This document shows, one piece after another, positions 1 through 8,538 of a stretch of DNA of 64,000 nucleotides. How positions within the stretch are numbered: the first letter of the stretch is position 1; the number at the start of each line of letters is the position of its first letter. The translations under genes and the position numbers were made by a program. This DNA is from Myxococcota bacterium (GTDB lineage Bacteria; Myxococcota_A; Polyangia; Polyangiales; Sandaracinaceae), in NCBI GenBank assembly GCA_036149055.1, contig JAYZQJ010000004.1:79795-143794 (forward strand), given 5' to 3'. Below the pieces are notes generated by a model. It was not told the origin of the DNA. It worked only from the letters and a program-made list of their open reading frames with translations, and searched no databases.

Positions 1-1
1 A

Positions 2-30
2 AGGGCGCGCGGCCGAAGCCTGCGCGCCCT
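2..30 (-). terminator. Probable terminator hairpin downstream of the sigma-54 activator gene
   Basis: Minus strand reads AGGGCGCGC-A-GGC-TTCG-GCC-GCGCGCCCT, a stem with a C(UUCG)G tetraloop 27 nt after the stop codon; any U-tract would lie beyond the window edge. Confidence 0.55.
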
Positions 31-57
31 CCGCGGATCGGCGGCCCGACGAGCTCG

Positions 58-1455
58 TCAGGCCGCCACGTGGCTTTTCGAGATGCCCTTCTTCTTGAGC
101 TTCTCGACCAGGGTCGTCCGGTTCATCTGGAGGATCGAGGCCGCCTGGTTCTTGTTCCAGCCGGTCCGCTCGAGCGCCTGCACGATGAGCGCGTTCTCGA
201 ACTGCTCGACCGCGTCCTTCAGGTCCAGCCCCGCCTCCGGGAGGATCGGGTTGCCGCCACCGTCGGCCGCCGCGGCGCCGCTGGCCTCGCGGATGCGCGC
301 CGGCACGTCGTCGAGGGTCAGGGTCTCCCCCTGGGCCAGGACGACCATGCGCTCGACGGTGTGGCGCAGCTGGCGGACGTTCCCGGGCCAGTCGAAGCCC
401 TGGAGGGCCGCCAGCGCCGCGTCCTCGATGCGGGTGATGTTGCGGTTCCGGCGCCGGCTCGCCTCGGTGATGAAGTGGCCGACGAGGTGGGGGATGTCTC
501 CGGGGCGCTGCCGGAGCGCGGGCAGCTCGATCCGGATCACGTCGAGCCGGTAGAGGAGGTCCTCCCGGAAGCGGCCCTTCTCGGCCATCTCCTCGACGTC
601 GCGGTGGGTCGCGGCGACCACCCGGACGTCGACCTTGTGGCTCTTGGACTCGCCGACCGGCCGGATCTCGCCCTCCTGGAGCACCCGGAGGAGCTTCGCC
701 TGGAGCGAGAGGTCCATCTCGCCGATCTCGTCGAGCAGGAGGGTGCCGCCGTCGGCGACCGCGAAGCGCCCCTTGTGCGCGCTGGTGGCCCCGGTGAAGG
801 CGCCCTTGGCGTGCCCGAAGAGCTCGCTCTCCATCAGGTTCTCGGGGATCGCGGCGCAGTTCATCGGGACGAAGGCGCCCTTGCGGCGCTCGCTCGCCCG
901 GTGGATCGCCTGCGCGACGAGCTCCTTGCCGGTCCCGGTCTCGCCGGTGATGAGCACCGAGCAGTCGGTGTCGGCGACCCGGCGCACGATGTCGAAGACC
1001 CGCATCAGGGTGGGGTCCTCGCCGATGATCTCCGGGCAGTGCTCGGTCCGCCACGCGGCCAGGTCGTCCTCGGTGGCCGGCGGCGCCGCGCCGAGGGAGC
1101 GCGCGCTCTGGACGCGCTCGAGGCTGTTGTCGAGGGCCTCGAGCGAGAAGGGCTTGGTCAGGAAGTCGTCGGCGCCGTGGCGGAGCGCGGAGATCGCGTG
1201 GTCCAGGACCGCCTGGCCGGTCATGACGATCACCGCCGCGCGGCTGGCGTGCACGTGGTCGACCACGCTGAAGCCCTGTCCGTCGGGCAGCATCACGTCG
1301 GTGAGGACGACGTCGACGTCGGGCTCCGCCTCGAGCACCTCGCGGGCCTCCTTGCAGCTGCCCGCCTCGAGGATCTCCTCGCCACGCCGGCGCAGGTGCC
1401 TCGCGAGGCTGCGCCGGAGCGTCTCTTCGTCTTCGACGATCAGGATTTTCGACAT
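58..1455 (-). CDS. Sigma-54-dependent response regulator (REC-AAA+-Fis HTH), FleQ/FlrA/FleR-like flagellar activator
   Basis: REC domain (ILIVEDE, LTDVMLPD, KPF), Walker A GETGTGKE, GAFTGA, LLLDEIGE, WPGNVRQL; HTH ending NRTTLVEKLKK resembles FleQ/FlrA RRTTLVEK. Start moved to MSKILIV behind a GGAGG. Confidence 0.92.
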   Translation of the reverse strand: MSKILIVEDEETLRRSLARHLRRRGEEILEAGSCKEAREVLEAEPDVDVVLTDVMLPDGQGFSVVDHVHASRAAVIVMTGQAVLDHAISALRHGADDFLTKPFSLEALDNSLERVQSARSLGAAPPATEDDLAAWRTEHCPEIIGEDPTLMRVFDIVRRVADTDCSVLITGETGTGKELVAQAIHRASERRKGAFVPMNCAAIPENLMESELFGHAKGAFTGATSAHKGRFAVADGGTLLLDEIGEMDLSLQAKLLRVLQEGEIRPVGESKSHKVDVRVVAATHRDVEEMAEKGRFREDLLYRLDVIRIELPALRQRPGDIPHLVGHFITEASRRRNRNITRIEDAALAALQGFDWPGNVRQLRHTVERMVVLAQGETLTLDDVPARIREASGAAAADGGGNPILPEAGLDLKDAVEQFENALIVQALERTGWNKNQAASILQMNRTTLVEKLKKKGISKSHVAA

Positions 1456-1478
1456 CGCGTGGGGCCTCCCGCCTCCAT

Positions 1479-1524
1479 GGATTTCGTCCGACACCCCGAA
1501 CGGCGGAGGTGTCGGATTTTTGAC
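1479..1524. promoter_or_regulatory. Putative activator boxes in the divergent intergenic region
   Basis: GTCGGATTTTTGAC (1511-1524, GTC-N8-GAC) and inverted repeat TCCGACACC (1487-1495)/GGTGTCGGA (1508-1516). Confidence 0.5.
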
Positions 1525-1585
1525 CCTAACCAGGATCAAAGCTGATTTCCTCAAGCTCGGCCAGCTTTCGACCGTTGACGAGGGC

Positions 1586-2668
1586 ATGAGCCGCGCGACT
1601 CTCCCGCGACCCCTGCTCGGCGACGCCTTCTCCCCGGACGCGGTCATCGAGGTGGAGGCGCTGCTCCGGCGCCAGCTCCGGCCCCACGGCTGGGTGCGCT
1701 CCGTCGAGGTCGCGACCGAGCCCGAGGCGCTGCCCGCGCCGGGCCGCGGCGATCACGCCCGCCTCCGGGTCCCGGTCGAGGCCGAGCGCGTCTGGGCCCA
1801 GATCGTCTGGGAGCCGGGCGACGGAGCCCGGGACGCGCTGGTCCGGCAGTCGGTGGAGCTGGTCGGGGCCCGCATCCGCGAGGAGGCGTGGGCCGGGGAG
1901 CAGCTCGTCCTGCGCGATCGCCTCGCCGCCCTCCGCCAGCGCATGGTCGAGCGCAACCGGATGGCCGCGCTCGGCACGATGGCCGCGAGCGTCGCCCACG
2001 ACATCCGCACCCCGCTGACCGTGCTCTTCGCCAACCTCTCCTACCTGGAGGAGGCGCTCGAGGGCCTGCAGACCGACGACTCCGAGGAGCTGCGCTCGGT
2101 CCTCGACGACAACCGCCTGGCGGTCGAGCTGATCGAGGGGGTCCTCGACTCGATGAAGACCTTCGTCGCCGACGGCGAGGCCGCCGGCCTGGTGCGGGTC
2201 GAGCAGGTGGTCGCCTCGGCGGTGCGCCTGACCCGCTGGCACTTCGGCAACGCCCAGGTGCACGTCGAGCCCCGGGTCGAGGGCGATCCGCTCGCCTGCG
2301 GCACCGTCGGCGAGGTCTGTCAGATCCTCGTCAATCTCCTGGCGAACGCCGCCGAGGCCTCCCCGCGCGGCTCGCTCGTCCGGGTGCTCGCGCGCCGGGC
2401 CGGGGAGATGACCTCCATCTTCGTCGTCGACGAGGGCCCCGGGGTCCCGCGCCGCCACCGCGACGCCATCTTCGAGGCCTTCCACACCACCAAGGCCGCC
2501 GGCATGGGCCTCGGCCTCTCGATCGCGCGCGAGATGGCCCGCCGCCACGGCGGGGAGCTCGCCCTGCTCGACGCCCCGCCCCCCGAGCTCGATCCCGCCC
2601 CCGTCGGCGCCTGCTTCGAGCTCCGCCTCCCCGCTTCCCTCCGCGCCACCCTCTTCCCTCCCGCCTGA
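1586..2668 (+). CDS. Soluble sensor histidine kinase, divergent from the activator
   Basis: H-box VAHDIRTPL, N-box NLLANA, DEGPG, FHTTK, GMGLGLSI; no evident transmembrane helix. Confidence 0.88.
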   Translation: MSRATLPRPLLGDAFSPDAVIEVEALLRRQLRPHGWVRSVEVATEPEALPAPGRGDHARLRVPVEAERVWAQIVWEPGDGARDALVRQSVELVGARIREEAWAGEQLVLRDRLAALRQRMVERNRMAALGTMAASVAHDIRTPLTVLFANLSYLEEALEGLQTDDSEELRSVLDDNRLAVELIEGVLDSMKTFVADGEAAGLVRVEQVVASAVRLTRWHFGNAQVHVEPRVEGDPLACGTVGEVCQILVNLLANAAEASPRGSLVRVLARRAGEMTSIFVVDEGPGVPRRHRDAIFEAFHTTKAAGMGLGLSIAREMARRHGGELALLDAPPPELDPAPVGACFELRLPASLRATLFPPA

Positions 2669-3570
2669 TCCCTTCGTGCTCCCTGGCTTCACCGAAGTCA
2701 GGGGAGACGGGAGAGAGGAGGCGAGGAGGAAGTGTCGCTGCGCGCCACGCGACTCCTTGCGGGGTCTCGGAGGACGGCAATTGCTCTCGCAAAGACGCAA
2801 AGCCGCCAAGGGGGTGGGTGGCGGCGGGGTGGGGGCTGGCCGCCGGGTCTCGGGCTGCGTCCGTCGAACCGGCCGTTCGAAGCGGTGGGCTCGGAGGACG
2901 GCAATTGCTCTCGCAAAGACGCAAAGCCGCAAAGGGGGTGGGTGGCGGCGGGGTGGGGGCTGGCCGCCGGGTGCCGGGCTGGATTGTCGCGTTCGGCCGG
3001 CAGGCCCGCCCAGCTATTCCTCCTCGCCTCCCACCTCCCCTCTCCCCTGCTTTCTGCGACGCCGAAGAGGGTCCTGATCCTCCGTGGTCCGTGGCTTCAC
3101 CGAAGTCGGGGGAGACGGGAGAGAGGAGGCGAGGAGGAAGTGTCGCTGCGCGCCACGCGACTCCATGCGGGGTCTCGGAGGACGGCAATTGCTCTCGCAA
3201 AGGCGCAAAGCCGCAAAGGGGGTGGGTGGCGGCGGGGTGGGGGCTGGCCGCGGGGTGCTGGGCTGGATCGTCGCGTTCGGCCGGCAGGCCCGCCTGGCTA
3301 TTCCTCCTCGCCTCCCACCTCCCCTCTCCCTGCTTTCTGCGACGCCGAAGAGGGCTCTGATCCTCCGTGGTCCGTGGCTTCACCGAAGTCGGGGGAGACG
3401 GGAGAGAGGAGGCGAGGAGGAAGTGTCGCTGCGCGACACGCGGCGATCGGGCGGCGGGGTGGGGGCTGGCCGCCGGGTGCTGGGCTGGACCGTCGCGTTC
3501 GGCCGGCAGGCCCGCCCAGCTATTCCTCCTCGCCTCCCACCTCCCCTCTCCCCTGCTTTCTGCGAGGCCG
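2666..3570. repeat. Tandem array of three composite inverted-repeat units (REP/MITE-like)
   Basis: Units start TGATCC at 2666, 3075 and 3358; each has GGAGGCGAGGAGGAA...TTCCTCCTCGCCTCC arms; unit 1 has an internal duplication and unit 3 an internal deletion. Confidence 0.9.
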
Positions 3571-3602
3571 ATGCTCTCTGCGGGCCGACGGGGAGAAGGG
3601 GT

Positions 3603-3647
3603 GTCGGAGCGTTGGCACCCGATGGGGGGATCCGAGGGGGCTCTGAC
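3603..3647 (+). promoter_or_regulatory. Putative enhancer boxes for the flgB operon
   Basis: GTCGGAGCGTTGGC (3603-3616) within palindrome GGGTGTC..GGCACCC, plus a CTGAC half-site ending at 3647; same spacing as upstream of fliL. Confidence 0.5.
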
Positions 3648-3701
3648 GCTCGGAGGGGGATCGAGGGGTGAAAGGTGGGGGATCGCGTGTGGAACCAGGG
3701 G

Positions 3702-3717
3702 TGGCACGAGGGGTGCA
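3702..3717 (+). promoter_or_regulatory. Sigma-54 -24/-12 promoter of the flgB operon
   Basis: TGGCACGAGGGGTGCA: GG-N10-GC with consensus TGGCACG, 13 nt before the flgB start. Confidence 0.8.
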
Positions 3718-3730
3718 CTAGCTCCGCTCC

Positions 3731-4129
3731 GTGATTCCCATCTTCCAGAGCGTGGCCCTGACCCACCGCGCGCTCGACTATCACCTCGAGCGCCAGAACG
3801 TCCTGGCCTCCAACGTCGCCAACGTCGACACGCCCGGCTTCCGGCCCCTCGAGCTCGTCCGGGAGGACGTGCCGACCGAGGCGCCGGGGACGCTGCGGCT
3901 CGAGACGACGCACGGGGCCCACGTGGGCCAGTCCGGCGACGCGACCCGCCCCTTCGTGCTCACCGAGTCCGAGGAGCAGGTCGTCAACCCCGGCAACGAC
4001 GGGAACGCCGTCTCGCTCGAGCGCGAGATGAGCAAGGTCGCCGCCAACAACATCCGGTACGAGGGCGCGGTTCGGATCGTCCGCAGCCAGCTCGGCCTCC
4101 TTCGCTACGCCGCCAACGACGGGCACTGA
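3731..4129 (+). CDS. flgB: Flagellar basal-body rod protein FlgB
   Basis: RQNVLASNVANVDTPGF and NDGNAVSLEREM motifs; first gene of operon. Confidence 0.93.
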   Translation: MIPIFQSVALTHRALDYHLERQNVLASNVANVDTPGFRPLELVREDVPTEAPGTLRLETTHGAHVGQSGDATRPFVLTESEEQVVNPGNDGNAVSLEREMSKVAANNIRYEGAVRIVRSQLGLLRYAANDGH

Positions 4130-4137
4130 GAGAGACG

Positions 4138-4578
4138 ATGAACTTCTTTTCCGCCATGGAGATCGCCGCCAGCGGCCTGGGCGCCCAGCGCACCCGGATG
4201 AACGTGCTCGCCAGCAACCTCGCGAACGCGCGCACCACGCGCACCGAGGACGGCCAGGGCCCGTACCGCCGCATGGACCCCGTGTTCCGGGCCGTCCCGG
4301 TCGCCGACCGCTTCGAGGAGCTGCGCGGCGACGCGCACGCCGAGAACGCGTTCGTGGTCGAGGTGCCGGAGATCCGGCAGGACGACTCGCCGCCCCAGCG
4401 CATCTACGAGCCGAGCCACCCGGACGCCGACGAGGACGGATACGTCGAGATGCCGAACGTCAACGTGGTGGAGGAGATGGTCAACATGATCACCGCCTCT
4501 CGCGCGTACGAGTCCGGCGTGACCGTCATGCAGAGCCTCAAGAGCATGGCCAAGAGCGCCATCAGCATCAGCGGCTGA
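4138..4578 (+). CDS. flgC: Flagellar basal-body rod protein FlgC
   Basis: SGLGAQRTRMNVLASNLANA, GPYRR, YEPSHPDADEDGYVEMPNVNVVEEMVNMITASRAYE. Confidence 0.96.
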   Translation: MNFFSAMEIAASGLGAQRTRMNVLASNLANARTTRTEDGQGPYRRMDPVFRAVPVADRFEELRGDAHAENAFVVEVPEIRQDDSPPQRIYEPSHPDADEDGYVEMPNVNVVEEMVNMITASRAYESGVTVMQSLKSMAKSAISISG

Positions 4579-4588
4579 GAGAAGAACG

Positions 4589-4957
4589 ATGACCGCCCCG
4601 ATCAGCAACGACATGACGAGCTTCGCCGCGACGCTCCAGCGCGCCGACGCCACGGTGCAGACGCGCGAGGCGCGGGCGCCGCAGGCCGACTCGCTGCGGA
4701 TCGGCGACGGAACCCAGACCGTCCAGGCCCCCGAGGGCCCGAGCTTCGGGGAGCGCGTGGAGCAGCTCCTCGAGCAGACCAACCAGGTGCAGGTCAACGC
4801 CGAGCAGGCCGCCGAGTCCTACGCGAACGGCACCCGGAACGACATGCACGGGACGATGATCGCGCTCGAGCAGGCCGACATCAGCTTCCGCCTCGTCAGC
4901 AACATTCGCAGTCGCCTCGTCGACGCCTACCGCGAAGTCATGCGGATGGGAGCCTGA
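4589..4957 (+). CDS. fliE: Flagellar hook-basal-body protein FliE
   Basis: SFGE..., MHGTMIALEQADISFRLVSNIRSRLVDAYREVMRM; lies between flgC and fliF. Confidence 0.93.
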   Translation: MTAPISNDMTSFAATLQRADATVQTREARAPQADSLRIGDGTQTVQAPEGPSFGERVEQLLEQTNQVQVNAEQAAESYANGTRNDMHGTMIALEQADISFRLVSNIRSRLVDAYREVMRMGA

Positions 4958-4960
4958 TCG

Positions 4961-6655
4961 ATGGACCAGGTGAAGGAGCGGCTCAAGGCCCTCGAGGAGA
5001 AGTGGAAGGCGCTGAACGCGCGCGTCCGCATCGGCATCCTGGCCGGCGCCGGCGTGCTCGTGGCGGGCGCCATCCTCTTCTTCGCGCACGGCTCGAGCCC
5101 CGACTACGGGATCCTCTTCTCGAACCTCTCGCAGGAGGACGCGGCCCGGATCGTCGAGCGCCTCCGCGCGATGAACGTGGACTACGAGCTCGCCGAGGGC
5201 GGCGGCACCATCCTCGTCCCCGACGCGAGCGTGCACGAGACGCGGCTCACCCTGGCCAACGAGGGGCTCCCGAGCGGCGGCGGCGTGGGCTTCGAGCTCT
5301 TCGACACCCAGCGCTTCGGCGAGAGCGACTTCTCCGAGCAGGTGCAGTTCCGCCGCGCGCTCGAGGGCGAGCTCGCCCGGACCATCCGCCACCTCGCCGG
5401 GGTCGAGAGCGCCCGCGTGCACCTCGTGCTCCCCGAGCGGCGGCTCTTCACCACCGACGAGAGCGAGGCGAGCGCCTCGGTCGCGCTCCACATGAACCCG
5501 GGCTGGCGCCTCCGCGAGGACCAGGTCCAGGGCGTGCAGCACCTCGTCGCCTCGAGCGTGCAGGGGCTCTCGCCCTCGAACGTCACCGTGGTCGACGGCG
5601 ACGGTCGCCCCCTCAGCGAGCAGGGCGGCGGCGCGGGCGAGGGCGTCTCGGACGCCGAGGATCTCCGCCGCCAGATCGAGCAGGGCAAGCAGCGCGCGGT
5701 GCAGCAGCTCCTCGACGCCTCGCTCGGGCCGGGCGTCGCCGTCGTGCGGGTCAGCGCCGAGGTCGACATGTCGCGGGTCGAGGATCTCCAGGAGACCTAC
5801 GACCCCGACCGCATCGCGACCCGCAGCTTCGAGGTCACCGAGGAGCGCACGGCGGACGCCGAGGGCGACGCGCAGGGCATCCCGGGCGCCGCCTCGAACC
5901 TGCCGGGCGGGCCCGCCGCCGAGGCGACCGCCGGCGAGAGCGCGGCCGGGCGCCGCCACGAGCGCCGCAACTACGAGGTCACCAAGACGGTGCGCCGCCA
6001 GGTGCGCCCGGTCGGCCGGCTCTCGCGCCTCACCGTCGCGGTGGTCGTCGACGGCACCTGGACCGGCGAGGGCGACGGGCGCAGCTACACCGAGCGCGAC
6101 GCCGACGAGCTCGCGCGCATCCGCTCGCTGGTGGCCACCGCCGCCGGCATCAGCGCCGAGCGCGGCGACGAGGTCACGGTCGAGAACGTGCCCTTCGCCG
6201 GCTCGCAGGACGTGCCCGCCGCGCACCCGAGCGACTTCATCGCCGTCTACGAGCCGTGGCTGCCCTACGCGGCCGGCGCGGCGCTCTTCCTGCTGGCCCT
6301 GATCGGCGGCGTCATCCTCTGGCTGCGACGCAAGCGGAAGAAGAAGGAGCGCGAGCAGGAGGAGAAGCTCCGCGAGCTCGAGGCCCGGGCGGCCGGCCAG
6401 GAGGTCGACTCCGACGACCCCGACGCCCTGCCGGCTCCCACCCCGGTCGCCGAGCTCGGCGCGGGCGAGGAGGACGACTTCGAGGGCTACGAGGGCGACG
6501 TCGAGGCGGTGCTCGCCGACTACGAGCAGCTCCGGGTGCTCGCCCTCGAGGTGGCCCGGCGCGACCCCGAGCTGGCGGCCCGCGTGGTGCGCGGCTGGCT
6601 CGCCGATGACGTGAAGGCGCAGAAGAAGGACGACGCGTCCAAGGAGGCAGCGTGA
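4961..6655 (+). CDS. fliF: Flagellar MS-ring protein FliF
   Basis: Two TM segments, GVGFELFD, RALEGELARTI, ARVHLVLP, GIPGAASN, NYEV, RLTVAVVVDG. Confidence 0.96.
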   Translation: MDQVKERLKALEEKWKALNARVRIGILAGAGVLVAGAILFFAHGSSPDYGILFSNLSQEDAARIVERLRAMNVDYELAEGGGTILVPDASVHETRLTLANEGLPSGGGVGFELFDTQRFGESDFSEQVQFRRALEGELARTIRHLAGVESARVHLVLPERRLFTTDESEASASVALHMNPGWRLREDQVQGVQHLVASSVQGLSPSNVTVVDGDGRPLSEQGGGAGEGVSDAEDLRRQIEQGKQRAVQQLLDASLGPGVAVVRVSAEVDMSRVEDLQETYDPDRIATRSFEVTEERTADAEGDAQGIPGAASNLPGGPAAEATAGESAAGRRHERRNYEVTKTVRRQVRPVGRLSRLTVAVVVDGTWTGEGDGRSYTERDADELARIRSLVATAAGISAERGDEVTVENVPFAGSQDVPAAHPSDFIAVYEPWLPYAAGAALFLLALIGGVILWLRRKRKKKEREQEEKLRELEARAAGQEVDSDDPDALPAPTPVAELGAGEEDDFEGYEGDVEAVLADYEQLRVLALEVARRDPELAARVVRGWLADDVKAQKKDDASKEAA

Positions 6656-7731
6656 CCAACGCAGCGGACGTCGAGGCGAGCGCGGACGAGCTGCTGGCCA
6701 AGAACGGGCTGGCCCGGATCAAGGTCGACCGGAAGGCGCTGAAGCGCCTCAGCGGCGCGGAGAAGGCGCTGCTCTTCCTGGTCAGCCTCGACGAGTCGAT
6801 CGCGACCCGCATCCTCGGCCACCTCGGCGACGACGAGGTCAAGCTCCTGCGCGACTCCTCGTCGGCCATGACCGAGGCCCCGCCGAAGGCGATCAAGGCG
6901 GTGCACCACGAGTTCCTCGAGCGCGTGCGGCAGGGCATGCCGGCGAGCCTCAAGGGCTCGAGCGCCTACCTCCGCCGCCTCGCGGGCAACGCGCTCGGCG
7001 AGGGGCGCGCGTCGGAGCTCTGGAGCGACAAGCCCAAGAGCGAGGGCGCGGCCGCGCTCGCGAAGCTCGAGACCGGCGTGCTCCAGGCGCTGCTCGACGC
7101 GGAGCAGCCGCAGACGGTGGCCATCGTGCTCTCGCAGCTCCCGGCGGCGAAGGCGTCCGAGATCATCGAGAAGATGGAGGCGAGCCGTCGTCAGGACGTC
7201 ATGCTTCGCCTCGCGCAGCTCGAGAGCATCCCCGAGGCGGTGTTCCGCGACATCGAGCAGGCCTTCCAGGTGCACGTCGAGGCGCTCGCCGAGGTGCAGC
7301 GCCGCGAGATCCCCGGCAAGAAGTCGGCGGCCGACATCGTCAAGCGCCTGCCGGCCGAGATCGGCGAGGAGCTGCTCGAGGCGCTCCGCAGCGCGAGCCA
7401 GGACGCGGCCGACGCCATCGAGAAGGCGCTCTTCACCTTCGAGGACCTCTGCCGGGTCGACAGCCGCGGCATGCAGCAGCTCCTCAAGGAGGTCGCGACC
7501 GACCAGCTCACCCTCGCCCTCAAGACGGCGAGCGACGAGCTCAAGGAGAAGGTCTTCGGCAACATCTCGAGCCGCGCGGCGGACCTGCTGCACGAGGAGC
7601 TCGAGCTGATGGGCCCGGTCAAGCTCAGCGACGTGGAGGAGGCCCAGCAGGGCATCATCCAGATCGCGCTCGACCTCGAGAAGGACGGCCGGATCGCCAT
7701 CGCGCGCGAGGGCGGGGGCGACTATGTCTGA
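6652..7731 (+). CDS. fliG: Flagellar motor switch protein FliG
   Basis: EQPQTVAIVLS (EHPQ motif), LFTFEDL, NISSRAADLLHEELELMGPVKLSDVEEAQ. Confidence 0.95.
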   Translation: MTNAADVEASADELLAKNGLARIKVDRKALKRLSGAEKALLFLVSLDESIATRILGHLGDDEVKLLRDSSSAMTEAPPKAIKAVHHEFLERVRQGMPASLKGSSAYLRRLAGNALGEGRASELWSDKPKSEGAAALAKLETGVLQALLDAEQPQTVAIVLSQLPAAKASEIIEKMEASRRQDVMLRLAQLESIPEAVFRDIEQAFQVHVEALAEVQRREIPGKKSAADIVKRLPAEIGEELLEALRSASQDAADAIEKALFTFEDLCRVDSRGMQQLLKEVATDQLTLALKTASDELKEKVFGNISSRAADLLHEELELMGPVKLSDVEEAQQGIIQIALDLEKDGRIAIAREGGGDYV

Positions 7732-7752
7732 GCGCCCTGACGGGAGGCCGGC

Positions 7753-8538
7753 GTGAGCGCGAAGGCCTTCACCTTCCCGGTCGTCGAGCGGAGCGAGGCG
7801 AAGCCCGCGTGGATCGACGCCAGGCCGGCGCCGGTGCGCAAGCTCGCCTTCGCGCACGTGGACGCGGCGCGGCCGGCGGCCCCGGAGGCGCCGAAGAAGC
7901 CGGTCTCGGTCGTGCCGCCGCCGCAGCCGGTCGCGGCGACGCCTCCGCCTCCCCCCGCGGCGCCCGCGCCCGACACCCGGGTGATCCTCGAGCAGCTCGA
8001 GGCGGAGCTCCGCGCGGAGATCGACGTCGAGATGGAGAGGGCGCGCGCCGAGCTGTCGGCGATGCGCGACGCGCTCGAGGCCGAGCGCAAGGATCTCGAG
8101 GAGCAGAAGGCTCGCTTCGTCCAGGGCGCGGTCGAGCTCGCCGCCGCCCGACAGCTCGCGTTCGGCGAGGCGGAGGAGCCCCTCCTCGAGCTCGCCTGCG
8201 GGGTGGCCGAGGCCATCGTGGGCGACGCGCTCGAGCGGCAGTCGGAGCTGTGGACCGCGTTCGCGCGGGCCGCGCTCGAGAGCCTCGACGACGCGAACGG
8301 GGCCAAGCTCCGGGCCGGCGCCGACGCCTACGCCGCGATCCTCGACGCGCTCGGCGCTCCGGAGATCACCTACCGCGGCGTGCGGGTGCCGGTGGTCGTC
8401 GACCCGACCCTCGACGGGCTCGGCTGCGTGGCCGAGGTCGGCCGCGCGAAGGTCGACGGACGCCTCTCCGAGCGCCTCGAGGCGGTGCGCGACGCGCTGA
8501 TCCACGAGCGCCGCCGGGTGAAGGGAGAGTCGGCGTGA
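7753..8538 (+). CDS. fliH: FliH-like flagellar export protein (divergent)
   Basis: Between fliG and fliI; coiled coil, LELACGVAEAIV and C-terminal DPTLDGLGCVAE...VDGRLSERL. Confidence 0.75.
   Translation: MSAKAFTFPVVERSEAKPAWIDARPAPVRKLAFAHVDAARPAAPEAPKKPVSVVPPPQPVAATPPPPPAAPAPDTRVILEQLEAELRAEIDVEMERARAELSAMRDALEAERKDLEEQKARFVQGAVELAAARQLAFGEAEEPLLELACGVAEAIVGDALERQSELWTAFARAALESLDDANGAKLRAGADAYAAILDALGAPEITYRGVRVPVVVDPTLDGLGCVAEVGRAKVDGRLSERLEAVRDALIHERRRVKGESA

Noticed and set aside
2666..3570. CRISPR array or protein-coding ORFs in the repeat region
   Set aside because: Units are 200-400 bp without unique spacers and there are no cas genes; ORFs here are repeat translations with atypical codon use.
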